This document shows positions 23,246-32,807 of a stretch of 64,000 nt of DNA, piece after piece (position 1 is the first letter of the stretch; each line of letters starts with the position of its first letter). The DNA is from Xanthobacteraceae bacterium (GTDB taxonomy: Bacteria > Pseudomonadota > Alphaproteobacteria > Rhizobiales > Xanthobacteraceae), in assembly GCA_050010955.1 (NCBI GenBank), contig JBEKJZ010000002.1, positions 10,961 through 74,960 of the forward strand, written 5' to 3'. Both the position numbers and the translations under genes were made by a program. The notes under the pieces were generated by a model that was not told the origin of the DNA, did not search any database, and was given only the letters and a program-made list of their open reading frames with translations.

Positions 23246-23982
23246 ATGGGAGACGTGTTCGGGGAACTGGCGGGCATCGCTGCCCCGCCGCGGCTGTGCG
23301 CGGCTTGCCGCGTGCCGGTCGAAGGCGAAGGGCTCTGTCCGGCGTGCTGGTCGAAACTCTCGTTCATCACCCGGCCCTATTGCGAGCGCCTCGGCATCCC
23401 TTCGTCTATGACCCGGGTCCGGGCATCCTGTCCATGGAAGCGATCGCCGATCCGCCGGCCTACCATCGCGCCCGCGCCGCGGTGCGCTTCGACGAAATTT
23501 CGCGCGCTTTGGTGCATGCCCTCAAATATGGCGACCGGCTCGATCTCGCGCCGATGATGGGACGCTGGATCGGCCAAGCCGGCCGGGAGCTTCTGGCCGA
23601 GGCCGATGCGCTGGTGCTGGTACCGCTGCATTGGCACCGGCAGTGGGCGCGGCGGTTCAACCAATCGGCCATGTTGGCCGCCGCCGTCTCGGCCATAAGC
23701 GGCGTGCCCATCGCCGCCGGCGCGCTCAAGCGCGTGAAGGCGACCACCCAACAGGTGGGACTGTCGCGATCCGAACGCGCCGCCAACGTGCAGGGCGCAT
23801 TCCGCGTGCCGCCGGAGGGAAAGCCGGCCGTGGTCGGCCGCCGCCTCGCTCTGATCGACGACGTGCTGACGTCGGGCGCCACCGTCGAGGGCTGCGCCAA
23901 GGCGCTCCTTCGTGCCGGCGCCGCCAATGTCGATGTGCTGGTGTTCGCCAGGGTTGCCGATCCCGTGCGAACCTCCATATAA
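23246..23982 (+). pseudogene. comF: ComF family phosphoribosyltransferase with an apparent 1-nt frameshift near 23400/23401 (or an assembly indel)
   Basis: The CxxC..CxxC N-terminus (..LCAACRVPVEGEGLCPACW..PYCERLGIP) is in the frame of ORF 23246-23557. The continuation FVYDPGPG..HALKYGDR..LIDDVLTSGAT is in the frame of ORF 23296-23982. The switch is at ggcatccc|ttcgtc. Confidence 0.75.
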
Positions 23983-24008
23983 GGGTTTGATAGAATTAAC
24001 GAACCGTT

Positions 24009-24284
24009 ATGACTTCTGTCGAAATCTACACGACCCAATACTGCCCCTATTGTCACTGGGCGAAGGAACTGCTTTCGCGCAAGGGCATCAACTTTCGTGA
24101 GATCGACGTCACGACGAATCGCACGATGCGGCAACAGATGATCGAGCGGGCAGACGGACGCACCACGGTACCGCAGGTCTTCATCGGCTCGCGGCATATC
24201 GGCGGCTGCGACGAACTCTACGCGCTCGAGGACGCCGGCAAGCTCGATCCGCTGCTTGGGCAGCAAGAAGCGCCGCCGGCATGA
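24009..24284 (+). CDS. grxC: glutaredoxin 3
   Basis: 91 aa; active site YCPYC and ..TVPQVFIG..HIGGCDEL. Confidence 0.93.
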   Translation: MTSVEIYTTQYCPYCHWAKELLSRKGINFREIDVTTNRTMRQQMIERADGRTTVPQVFIGSRHIGGCDELYALEDAGKLDPLLGQQEAPPA

Positions 24285-25162
24285 GCGCGGCATCGCCCTC
24301 GGCGTTCAAGGTCGGGCTCATCCAGATGCGCTCCGGGCTCGATCCGCAGGCTAATCTTGCGGTCGCGCTCGCCGCCATCGAACAGACCAAGCGCGCCGGC
24401 GCCGACTACGTGCTCACGCCGGAAATGACCAACATCATCGCCAAGCGCGAGCACCTCTTGGCGACGATCGTGGACGAGGAACTCGATCCGACGCTCGCGG
24501 CGCTCCGCGAGGCCGCGCGCCAGCTTTCGATTTACATCCATATCGGCTCGCTCGCGGTCAAGGCTTCGCCCGACAAAGCGGTGAACCGCTCGTTCCTGAT
24601 CGGCCGCACCGGCGAGGTGATCGCACGCTACGACAAGATCCACATGTTCGATGTGGATCTGGCGAACGGCGAAAGTTACCGCGAATCCCGCACTTACCGG
24701 CCTGGCGATCTTGCCGTGGTCGCCGACCTGCCGTGGGGCCGGCTTGGCGTAACGGTCTGCTACGATTTGCGCTTCCCGGCGCTCTATCGCGCCCTCGCCG
24801 AGGCGGGCGCCTTGTTTTTTTCCATCCCCTCGGCGTTTACCGTGCAGACCGGCGAGGCGCACTGGCACGTGCTCATCCGCGCCCGCGCCATCGAGAACGG
24901 CTGCTTCGTGTTCGCCGCCGCCCAGGGCGGCTCGCATGAGAGCGGGCGCGAGACCTACGGCCACTCGCTCGTGGTCGATCCGTGGGGCCAAATCCTCGCC
25001 GAGGGCGGCACCGAGCCTGGCGTCATCCTCGCCGACATCGATCCGGCGCAGGTCGCTGCTGCGCGCGCACGGATTCCCTCGCTGCACCATGGCCGGCGCT
25101 TCGAACTCGTCGAGCCGATGGCCGAGCCGACCCACCTGCGCGCGGTGCGGGGGCCGCTATGA
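24281..25162 (+). CDS. carbon-nitrogen hydrolase family protein (nitrilase/omega-amidase-like)
   Basis: 293 aa; E-K-C triad context (TPEM.., YDKIHMFD, GVTVCYDLRFP); 4-nt overlap with grxC. Confidence 0.88.
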   Translation: MSAASPSAFKVGLIQMRSGLDPQANLAVALAAIEQTKRAGADYVLTPEMTNIIAKREHLLATIVDEELDPTLAALREAARQLSIYIHIGSLAVKASPDKAVNRSFLIGRTGEVIARYDKIHMFDVDLANGESYRESRTYRPGDLAVVADLPWGRLGVTVCYDLRFPALYRALAEAGALFFSIPSAFTVQTGEAHWHVLIRARAIENGCFVFAAAQGGSHESGRETYGHSLVVDPWGQILAEGGTEPGVILADIDPAQVAAARARIPSLHHGRRFELVEPMAEPTHLRAVRGPL

Positions 25163-25641
25163 TCCGCTACGCGCTTCATTGCGACCAGGGCCATGCGTTC
25201 GAGAGCTGGTTCCAGAGCTCTGCCGCCTACGACAAGCAAGCGAAGCGCGCGCTGGTGACCTGCCCGACCTGCGGCTCCGCGAAAGTCGAGAAAGCGATCA
25301 TGGCGCCGCGGCTGGCGCGGGCTGAAGGCGCCGAACCGCCGCCGCCCGCGATACTCCCGACACCGCCGCTGCCGTCGCTTGTGCCTGGCAAGACGCCGGT
25401 CGCGATCATGTCGCCGCCGGAACGCGAGCTGCGCAAGAAACTCAAGGAGCTGCGCGACCACCTCACCAAGAACGCGGATTACGTCGGACCGCGTTTTCCC
25501 GAGCAAGCCCGCAAAATCCATTACGGCGAGATCGAGCACCGCTCGATCTATGGCGAAGCCTCGCCGGAGGAAGCCAAAGAATTACACGAAGAAGGCATCG
25601 AATTTCATCCGCTGCCGATCCTGCCGGACGAGTTTAATTAG
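25159..25641 (+). CDS. DUF1178 family protein
   Basis: MIRYALHCDQGHAFESWFQSSAAYDKQ..VTCPTCGS..; ATGA overlap with the upstream gene. Confidence 0.8.
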   Translation: MIRYALHCDQGHAFESWFQSSAAYDKQAKRALVTCPTCGSAKVEKAIMAPRLARAEGAEPPPPAILPTPPLPSLVPGKTPVAIMSPPERELRKKLKELRDHLTKNADYVGPRFPEQARKIHYGEIEHRSIYGEASPEEAKELHEEGIEFHPLPILPDEFN

Positions 25642-25653
25642 GACGCGCTCCAG

Positions 25654-26574
25654 TCAATAAGCCCAGAGCAATAAACCGACACCGCAGACGACCAGCACCA
25701 AGCCGAAAGCTTCGCGCGCGGTGGTGCGCTGACCGAAGGCGAGGCGGGCGACAAGCTGCGCGAACAAAACCTCGATCAAAGCCAGCGTGCGCACGCTCGC
25801 GGCGGTGGCGAGCGCGAATGCCAGGAACCAGAACTGCGAGGCGACCGCGCCGGCGAGACCGGCGAGCAGCGAGGGGTTCCAGGCGCGCAGGATGGCAAAC
25901 AGCACCGTGGGATGGCGCAGCCCGAGATAGAGCGACAGCAAGACCGCCTGCAGGACGATGCCGACCGCAAGCGTGAACGTCGCGGCGACGACGTAATTGG
26001 GCAACCCTAGACTGAGGATGGCGCCGCGAAAGCCGATTGCCGACAGCGCGAACATACCGCCGGAGGCAAGCCCTAACAACGTCGGTCTGATGCCGCCGAG
26101 CCGCGAGCCTTCGCTCTCGCGCTTACCGACAAGCGAAGCCTTGGTCGACATGATCACCACGCCGGCGGTGGCGATCAGGATTGCCGCCATCATCGGCCAG
26201 GTCACGATATCGCCGAGAAAAATGAGCCCGAACACCGCGACCTGGATCGGTTCGGTCTTGATGTAGGCAATGGTGACGACGAACGAGCGCTCGCCCATGG
26301 CGGCGAGCATCAGCGCGGTGGCGGCGATTTGCGCCAGCGCGCCATCGAACACCCAGGGCCAAAAACTCAGCCCCGGACGCGGCAGCGGCGAACCGGTCGT
26401 AATGAGCACGCCGGCAAGAAAAACAACGGCAAACGGAAAACCGAACAAAAACCGCACATGCGTCGCGCCGACGGTGCCGAGACTGCCGGTGAGCTCGCGC
26501 TGCATGGCGTTGCGCAGGGTCTGGGTGAATGCGGCAATGACGGTGAAAACGGCCCAAAGCCAGCCGGTCAGCAT
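25654..26574 (-). CDS. DMT superfamily (EamA-like) transporter
   Basis: 306 aa, about 10 TM helices in a duplicated EamA-like pattern. Confidence 0.85.
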   Translation of the reverse strand: MLTGWLWAVFTVIAAFTQTLRNAMQRELTGSLGTVGATHVRFLFGFPFAVVFLAGVLITTGSPLPRPGLSFWPWVFDGALAQIAATALMLAAMGERSFVVTIAYIKTEPIQVAVFGLIFLGDIVTWPMMAAILIATAGVVIMSTKASLVGKRESEGSRLGGIRPTLLGLASGGMFALSAIGFRGAILSLGLPNYVVAATFTLAVGIVLQAVLLSLYLGLRHPTVLFAILRAWNPSLLAGLAGAVASQFWFLAFALATAASVRTLALIEVLFAQLVARLAFGQRTTAREAFGLVLVVCGVGLLLWAY

Positions 26575-27326
26575 TACGCCGCCTTCGCCGCGACGACCAT
26601 GTAGTTCACATCCATGTCGTTGGAAAGCTGCCAGCGGTCGGCGAGGAGATTATAGATCACGCCGGTCTCGTCGATGATATGCGAACCGGCCTGCTCGATG
26701 GCGATCTCAAGCTCGTTCGGAGTTACGAACTTGTCCCATTGATGGGTGCCGCGCGGCAGCCAGCGCAGGATATACTCGGCGCCGACGATCGCCAGCGCGA
26801 AACTTTTTACCGTGCGATTGAGCGTGGCGACGAACAGAAGCCCGCCGGGTTTCACCATCGCCGCGGCCAGCTCGACGAACAGGTCGACGTCGGTCACGTG
26901 CTCGACCACTTCCATGGCGAGAACGACGTCGAAGGCTTCGCCGGCTTCCGCCAGATCCTCGGCGGTGGTGTCGCGGTATTCGATCACCAGACCCGACTGC
27001 GCGGCGTGAAGCTTGGCGACCGCGATGTTGCTCTCCGACGGATCGGCGCCGGTGACCGCCGCGCCGAGCCGCGCCAGCGGCTCAGAGAGAACTCCGCCGC
27101 CACAGCCGATATCGAGGATGCGCAGCCCGGCGAGGCTGTCGAGCCGCTTCGGATCGCGGTCAAAATGCGCGGCGGTGCGGTCGCGCACATAAGCGAGCCG
27201 CACCGGATTGAACCTGTGCAGCGGCGCCATCGGCCCGCGCGGGTCCCACCATTGCCCGGCCAGCCGCGAGAACCGCGCGACTTCGCCCTCGTCGATGGTG
27301 CCGGCGGATGTCGGCTGCCGATCCAT
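26574..27326 (-). CDS. ubiG: bifunctional 3-demethylubiquinol 3-O-methyltransferase / 2-polyprenyl-6-hydroxyphenol methylase
   Basis: ..[28 protein letters not shown].. and [16 protein letters not shown]. The start is ambiguous (27326 preferred; the track gives 27374). Confidence 0.9.
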   Translation of the reverse strand: MDRQPTSAGTIDEGEVARFSRLAGQWWDPRGPMAPLHRFNPVRLAYVRDRTAAHFDRDPKRLDSLAGLRILDIGCGGGVLSEPLARLGAAVTGADPSESNIAVAKLHAAQSGLVIEYRDTTAEDLAEAGEAFDVVLAMEVVEHVTDVDLFVELAAAMVKPGGLLFVATLNRTVKSFALAIVGAEYILRWLPRGTHQWDKFVTPNELEIAIEQAGSHIIDETGVIYNLLADRWQLSNDMDVNYMVVAAKAA

Positions 27327-27412
27327 ATGCGCTACCAATATGTTTCCAAGCCGGCTTTGCTTTAGCTCACCCATCCCTCAGGGGGAAGGGTGGCGCGTTG
27401 CAGCCCGCGGCA

Positions 27413-29500
27413 CTAACTCGCGACAAACAGGATCGCGGTGTCGGCGCGTTCGAGCACCGCGGCGGCCATGTTGCCGAAGAACAGGGTTTCGCCCGGGCGC
27501 CGGGTGACGCCGAGCACGATGAGGTCGTAACTGCCCCGCGCGGCTTCCTTGAGGATGGCGTCCTCGGCGGCGACATCGACGCGTAACGCAGTGCGCACGC
27601 GGGCATCGTAACGGTCGCCGAGTTCGGCGATGTCCTTGAGCACCGCTTCTTCGTTTCGCCGCATGGCGGCGCCGCGGCGGATGCGGCCGCGACGCTCACC
27701 GTCGGAGCGGCCGCTCGCCACGTAGAGCGCGCTCACCCGCGAGCCGCAGGAGCGCGCCAAGGCGAAGCCGGTCTCGGCGGCGCGACGCGAGACATCCGTG
27801 CCGTTGGCGGGTATCAGGATTCTGCGGATCGGTTCGGTGCCGGTCGCCAGCGGTCCGCCGGCGATCGCGACGGCGAGCGGCCCGTCGAAGCCGTTGACGA
27901 TGCGCGTGATCTCTGGACCGAAGCCGCCCCGCGGGCCCCGTGTCTTATCAATGCCGACGATCAGGAGGTCGTAACCCTTCTGCGCCTCATCGGCGATCGC
28001 CTCGGCGCTGGCCGCCTTCTTCAAGCGTGCGGTCACTTCGACGGAGCCGCGTGTTTGCTCCTGGGGATGCGCCAGCGGAACGGTATTGGCGGCCGCGGCT
28101 TGCACCTGTTTCTTCGATTCTTCGCGGTCCTTGCGCGCCGCCTGATGCGGCCACTTGTCCGGGCCGAGCTTAATGATCGTCGTCGGCTTGTCGCCGGAGC
28201 CGGCGATGGCCCCGGCCAGCCGAGCGGCGAACGTGCCGTTGGCGCTGCCGTCGACGGCTAACAGCAGGCGCTCAAGGTTGGGCACGAAGCCGCGTGCGTC
28301 GAGTTCTTCGCGCTCGAGCCGCAGCCGCTCAGCCTTGCGCAGCGGCAGCCGGCGAAGTGCCCAGCGCAGCATCGGCGGCATCGCCATCGTGGTGATCACG
28401 GCCATGGTCACGATCAGAGTGTACAGATTGCGGCTGAACACGGCCGCCGACAGCCCGATGGAGGCGACAATTACCTCGGTCGAGCCGCGCGCGTTCATGG
28501 CGCAGGCAAGCGCCAGGGATTCGCCGCGGCTCAGCCGGCCGAGCGTGCCGCCGACGAAGGCGCCGGCAAACTTGCCGACGCTGGCGATCACGATCAGACC
28601 CCCGGCAAGCAACAGCATTTGGGGGTCTTTGAGGATGGTGAGGTCGGCGCCCAGGCCCGACAGTCCGAAGAAGACCGGCATGAACAATGCCGCGATCAGC
28701 CCGCGAAGCTGTTCGTCGATATGGCGGGTGAGGATCGGCGACTCGCCGATCAGGATTCCGGCGACAAATGCGCCGAGTACCGTCTGCATGCCGATCAGGT
28801 AAGTGGCCAGCGCCATCGCGATCATGATCAGAAGGATCACGGTGATCACCGCGAATTCGCTGACGAAATGGTCGTTGGTCCAGCGGATCAAGCCGAATAC
28901 GAGGCGCCGCCCAATGGTGAAACTCACCGCCAGGAACAGCAACGTGCCGAGGATGGCGAAGCTGACCGAGCGAAAATCGATGGTGCCGGATGACGCCAAA
29001 CCGAACGCGACGGCGATGATGATCCATCCGGCCGAATCCTCGAGGATGGCGGAAGCCACGATGATCTGGCCGATGTCGCGGCGCATGAAGTTCATCTCGC
29101 GCACCACCATGGCGACGATCTTGATCGAGGAGATCGACAGCGCCGTAGCGAGGAAAAGCGCTGTGACGAGGCGCGCCTGCGGGCTTGGCAGGATCGCATC
29201 CGGCAGCATTTCGCCGAGCGCGAAACCGCAGATGAACGGCAGCACCACCCCGGCGGCGGCAACCGTGATCGCCGCCCGCCCGACCCGCCGCACCAGCCGC
29301 AGATCAGTCTCCATGCCGGTCAGCAGCAGCAACATCAGGATGCCGAGTTGCGAAACCGCGTCGAGCATGCTGTTCTGCGCGGCCGTTTGCGGAAAAAGCG
29401 CGTGCTGCAAGTCAGGCCAGATCAGGCCGAACACGGAGGGACCGAGCAGCAGCCCGCCGAGCAGCTGTCCCATGACCGCCGGCTGGCCTATTCGCTGCAT
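27413..29500 (-). CDS. CPA2 cation:proton antiporter fused to tandem universal-stress-protein domains; the N-terminus is apparently split off by a frameshift
   Basis: GQPAVMGQLLGGLLLGPS CPA2 signature and a C-terminal USP-like region. TM1 and the leader (..VMAAVFLLGAVSIAFAAEGKLRFF) lie in another frame (ORF 29500-29712). Confidence 0.85.
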   Translation of the reverse strand: MQRIGQPAVMGQLLGGLLLGPSVFGLIWPDLQHALFPQTAAQNSMLDAVSQLGILMLLLLTGMETDLRLVRRVGRAAITVAAAGVVLPFICGFALGEMLPDAILPSPQARLVTALFLATALSISSIKIVAMVVREMNFMRRDIGQIIVASAILEDSAGWIIIAVAFGLASSGTIDFRSVSFAILGTLLFLAVSFTIGRRLVFGLIRWTNDHFVSEFAVITVILLIMIAMALATYLIGMQTVLGAFVAGILIGESPILTRHIDEQLRGLIAALFMPVFFGLSGLGADLTILKDPQMLLLAGGLIVIASVGKFAGAFVGGTLGRLSRGESLALACAMNARGSTEVIVASIGLSAAVFSRNLYTLIVTMAVITTMAMPPMLRWALRRLPLRKAERLRLEREELDARGFVPNLERLLLAVDGSANGTFAARLAGAIAGSGDKPTTIIKLGPDKWPHQAARKDREESKKQVQAAAANTVPLAHPQEQTRGSVEVTARLKKAASAEAIADEAQKGYDLLIVGIDKTRGPRGGFGPEITRIVNGFDGPLAVAIAGGPLATGTEPIRRILIPANGTDVSRRAAETGFALARSCGSRVSALYVASGRSDGERRGRIRRGAAMRRNEEAVLKDIAELGDRYDARVRTALRVDVAAEDAILKEAARGSYDLIVLGVTRRPGETLFFGNMAAAVLERADTAILFVAS

Positions 29501-29549
29501 CAGTTCGCCGAGACCGCGGCCGACCAGCAGCAGGACGCCAAGGTCAGCG

Positions 29550-29557
29550 AAAAAAAA
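29550..29557 (-). other. A8/T8 homopolymer at the frame break of the antiporter gene
   Basis: gcgAAAAAAAAcgc on the + strand. With T9 on the coding strand the upstream ORF would read ..AAEGKLRFFFADLGVLLLVGRGLGELMQRIGQPAV.. continuously. Confidence 0.8.
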
Positions 29558-29739
29558 CGCAACTTTCCTTCCGCGGCGAACGCGATCGAAACAGCGCCGA
29601 GCAGAAACACCGCCGCCATCACGCCGCGCGACACGATAGCGGCGCGCCCGCGATGCCGCCGGCTGTTGGATAGTTGGGCGGTCGCCTGCGTCCGCCGATC
29701 AACGCCGCGCATGGTCCGGCGTTTCCCCTTTTGCGGCCG

Positions 29740-31329
29740 TTATGCGTTTTCGGTTGGACTCGCCGTCAATAGCGCCTCCGTCGGCCAGCGTTCATGGGTC
29801 AGCGGGACGATCATGCGGATCGAGAAGCCCTCGCGGGTATAGGCGGTGTGCACCTCGCCGTTCATTTGCCGTTCGATGACCAACCCGATCAGTCGCGAGC
29901 CGAATCCGGTATGCCGCGACCGCCGCGCCGGCGGGCCATTCCGCTCGATCCAGTCAAAGGTCAGGGTCAGGCCGCGCCGCGAGCGCGCGACCGACCAGGT
30001 CAATTCAAGCCGGCCCTGCGGCCGCGACAGACTGCCATGCTTGATAGCGTTGGCAGCGAGCTCGTGCAGCGCGGCGCTGAGGCTAAAGGTTGGGTCCGGC
30101 TCAAGATCGACATTGGGCCCGCTGAAAGACGTTCGGTCGAGATACGGTCCCAGCACCACGCGCAACAGCTCGGCGAGCGAGGTCGATTTCCAGCCGGCTT
30201 CGGTGATCAGGCGGTGCGCATTCGCCAAAGCGAGCACGCGCGCCTGGTACTTACTCATGAGCTCGGCCATGTTTTTCGAATTTCTCGCCGTCTGCGAGAG
30301 CAGCGCCAGAAGCTGAGAAAACAAATTACCAAAACGATGGCGCAGTTCGCGGATCATCAATTCGTGGCGTTGCTCCAATTGCCGCCGTTGAATGGCGCCG
30401 GCAAGCAAATTGCCGACTGCAGTCACGAACGAGGCGTCCTGCGTGCTGAAGTGGCGCTTCGTGGTGGTGGCGACGCCAAGAATACCGTAGGCGCGCCCAT
30501 CGCGGCCGGCGATCGTCGCATGCATGCCGCTGACGCAGTTGTGGTCCTTGAGATATTGGGCGACCTCGAACCTTGTTTCGGTGGCGAAATCGGCGATGAC
30601 GACCGGTGCAGGGGTATCCAATGTAAAGCGAGCATACGTGTTGGGCTCCGTCGTCGTCAGGACCGAGCCGATCAGCTCCCTCTCCCAGCCGAAGCCGGCT
30701 CGTAAAATAAGTTCGGTGCCGCCGGGAAGAAGCTCGAGGATTTTGATGAATTCAACCGACAGCGTGAGCGCGACGATGCTCACCGCATCGTTCAGCAGCC
30801 GTTCGATATCGGTTTCCGCCAATGCGCGCTCGCCGAGCTGCGCCAGCGCCTCCTGTTGTTTGACGCGACTGCGCAGCTCCTGCTGCAGATTGATCCGGTC
30901 GGTGACGTCGTGGCAGAGGCCGACCATGCGCTTGGGCGCGCCGTCCTCGATCGTCAACGTACCAACCGCCTCGATCCAACGCTCCTCGCCGTCGGCCCGC
31001 GGCGCCACGCGGTAGCGCACCCGGTAAGGGCATCCGGTCCGCAGCGTTGCATCGATGGCCGCTAAGACCGACGGCCGATCCTCCTCGTGAATATCGCGTT
31101 CGAAAAACGCGTAGGTGCCGTCGAAGCTGCCGGGCGGCAGGCCGCACATCGACTCGATGTTGCTCGACCACGTCGTTGCATTGGTGGCGACATCCCAGGA
31201 CCAGATGCCCATCTGGCCGGCTTCGAGCGCGGCGCTGACCGTGGCAAAATCCGGAAAGAATACCGTTGCGCTCTCCGGCTGCCGCTCTGGTTCCGGAGTC
31301 GCACTCTTTCTAAGCTCGGGCCTGTCCAT
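29740..31329 (-). CDS. PAS-GAF-HWE sensor histidine kinase
   Basis: 529 aa; ELRHRFGNLFSQLL phospho-acceptor region and WIERNGPP / TGFGSRLI, typical of HWE kinases. Confidence 0.88.
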   Translation of the reverse strand: MDRPELRKSATPEPERQPESATVFFPDFATVSAALEAGQMGIWSWDVATNATTWSSNIESMCGLPPGSFDGTYAFFERDIHEEDRPSVLAAIDATLRTGCPYRVRYRVAPRADGEERWIEAVGTLTIEDGAPKRMVGLCHDVTDRINLQQELRSRVKQQEALAQLGERALAETDIERLLNDAVSIVALTLSVEFIKILELLPGGTELILRAGFGWERELIGSVLTTTEPNTYARFTLDTPAPVVIADFATETRFEVAQYLKDHNCVSGMHATIAGRDGRAYGILGVATTTKRHFSTQDASFVTAVGNLLAGAIQRRQLEQRHELMIRELRHRFGNLFSQLLALLSQTARNSKNMAELMSKYQARVLALANAHRLITEAGWKSTSLAELLRVVLGPYLDRTSFSGPNVDLEPDPTFSLSAALHELAANAIKHGSLSRPQGRLELTWSVARSRRGLTLTFDWIERNGPPARRSRHTGFGSRLIGLVIERQMNGEVHTAYTREGFSIRMIVPLTHERWPTEALLTASPTENA

Positions 31330-31477
31330 GTTCTTACAGTTCGGCCTCCGGCCCGGCGGGTCAAGGCCGTACGCGTTGGACTCTTTGGGAAAAAACGGCG
31401 CAGCCGTATTTAAGTTTCGCTGGGTCGGCGAAAAACCAGAAGAATCGATGCGGCTTTAGGGCGGCGAAGTTCCCTTA

Positions 31478-32278
31478 TCAATACAGGCCGACCGGTGCGG
31501 AAGTAGTATTCCCTGCGTGCGGCGGCGATCGATCGGCGATGGCGACGACCGGTTTTGCCGGCGTCCTCGCCGCCATGACGACGCGCGAGCCTCGTTCGCT
31601 CGACGCGGAGTGTCCATCGTTGATCGCGGCGTTTCGTTGATCGTTCGGCAGGACGATGACTTTGGCGCCGATTCCGACGCGATCATAAAGGTCGATCACG
31701 TCGGCGTCGCGCAGGCGGATGCAGCCGCTGGAGACGTGCTTGCCGATCGAGCGTGGGTCGTTGGTGCCATGGATGCGGTAGGCGGAGTTGCCAAGGTAAA
31801 GCGCGCGCGCGCCAAGCGGATTGCCGGGCCCGCCGCCGACCCAGCGCGGCAGATACGGCTGCCGAGCGATCATCTCCGCCGGCGGAATCCAGTCGGGCCA
31901 TTCGGACTTGCGAGAAATCGCCTCGATGCCCGACCACGTAAAGCCTTCACGCCCCACGCCGATGCCGTAGCGGATAGCCTTGCCGTCGCCGAGCGTCAGA
32001 TAAAGAAAAGTGTGCGCCGTATCGATGATGATGGTGCCGGCAGGTTCGTTGCTCGGGTAGTATACGATTTGCCGCTGCAAAGGCGCTGGAAGCTCGTCGC
32101 CGCCCGGCACGCCACTCGGCTCCTCGGTTTGTGTCACCGGCTGGCGAAGGACCGCGCTGTCGCGATCGATCGGCATGTATGACAACGATTGAGCCGAAGC
32201 GGCGCCGGCGAAAATTATTGCGAGCGCTGCACAGAGAGCCGCGGTGCAGGCGCGAGGCGGCAGCTTGTTTGCTGACAT
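31478..32278 (-). CDS. L,D-transpeptidase (YkuD domain), exported
   Basis: Start MSANKLPP.. (ATG 32278) followed by a signal peptide; catalytic motif YRIHGTNDPRSIGKHVSSGCIRL. Confidence 0.88.
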   Translation of the reverse strand: MSANKLPPRACTAALCAALAIIFAGAASAQSLSYMPIDRDSAVLRQPVTQTEEPSGVPGGDELPAPLQRQIVYYPSNEPAGTIIIDTAHTFLYLTLGDGKAIRYGIGVGREGFTWSGIEAISRKSEWPDWIPPAEMIARQPYLPRWVGGGPGNPLGARALYLGNSAYRIHGTNDPRSIGKHVSSGCIRLRDADVIDLYDRVGIGAKVIVLPNDQRNAAINDGHSASSERGSRVVMAARTPAKPVVAIADRSPPHAGNTTSAPVGLY

Positions 32279-32310
32279 GACACCCTCAGCTGATGACTTC
32301 CGACGATCCA

Positions 32311-32335
32311 ATCGCCGACGGAGCTGAAAGGTTCC
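32311..32335 (-). promoter_or_regulatory. near-consensus EcfG (GSR) promoter upstream of the L,D-transpeptidase gene
   Basis: Minus strand GGAAC (32331-32335)-N16-CGAT (32311-32314), one mismatch to CGTT, about 35 nt upstream of ATG 32278. Confidence 0.4.
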
Positions 32336-32409
32336 ACGAAGAGTCCTAAGGCTACGGCAACGTTTTTGCTCAAGTTTCCTGTCAAACTGAGATTTCAAGC
32401 CAAGCAATT

Positions 32410-32715
32410 TCAAACCAAGCAACGCTGGAAGACGTTCGCCAAGCGCGGCGAAGAAATCGGGCTGAAGGAGGCATCGCAACCGACCGGAACGCGGGCGCGG
32501 GACTGCAGCGGCGTGACGGGCGGCCAAAACTCGTGCTGCCAAGCCGTCGGCGTTACGGTGGGTAGGCGGTCGCCCTTGAGCGCGCGGTTCACCGAGGCGG
32601 CAGGCGTGGAGCTCAATCCGGCGCCGGTGGTCGACAACGAGGGGAAGGAAACAAGGCTCGCCGCGACCAACGCGAATGCGACAGCCGCAACCCGAAATGA
32701 CCACATGCTACGCAT
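32410..32715 (-). CDS. small exported hypothetical protein
   Basis: MRSMWSFRVAAVAFALVAASLVSF.. signal peptide. GGAGA SD 7 nt upstream of ATG 32715. Consensus EcfG promoter upstream. Confidence 0.55.
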   Translation of the reverse strand: MRSMWSFRVAAVAFALVAASLVSFPSLSTTGAGLSSTPAASVNRALKGDRLPTVTPTAWQHEFWPPVTPLQSRARVPVGCDASFSPISSPRLANVFQRCLV

Positions 32716-32726
32716 CGGAGTGTCTC

Positions 32727-32764
32727 CGAAATCCCGACAACCCCCCGAAATCCCGACAACCCCC
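32727..32764. repeat. perfect 19-bp tandem duplication in the 5' leader of the small exported protein gene
   Basis: CGAAATCCCGACAACCCCC at 32727-32745 and again at 32746-32764. Confidence 0.95.
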
Positions 32765-32807
32765 ATGCCGCGAATACGCGAGGCCGTTTGGCCACGCACC
32801 ATCAAAA

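Noticed and set aside
23996-24010. TTAA-N7-TTAT, a CtrA-like motif
   Set aside because: The second half-site is imperfect and overlaps the grxC start codon, which is too close to act as a promoter element.
31390-31407. Short hairpin ACGGC-TGC-GCCGT plus T6 on the - strand after the L,D-transpeptidase gene
   Set aside because: A 5-bp stem is too weak to call a terminator with confidence.
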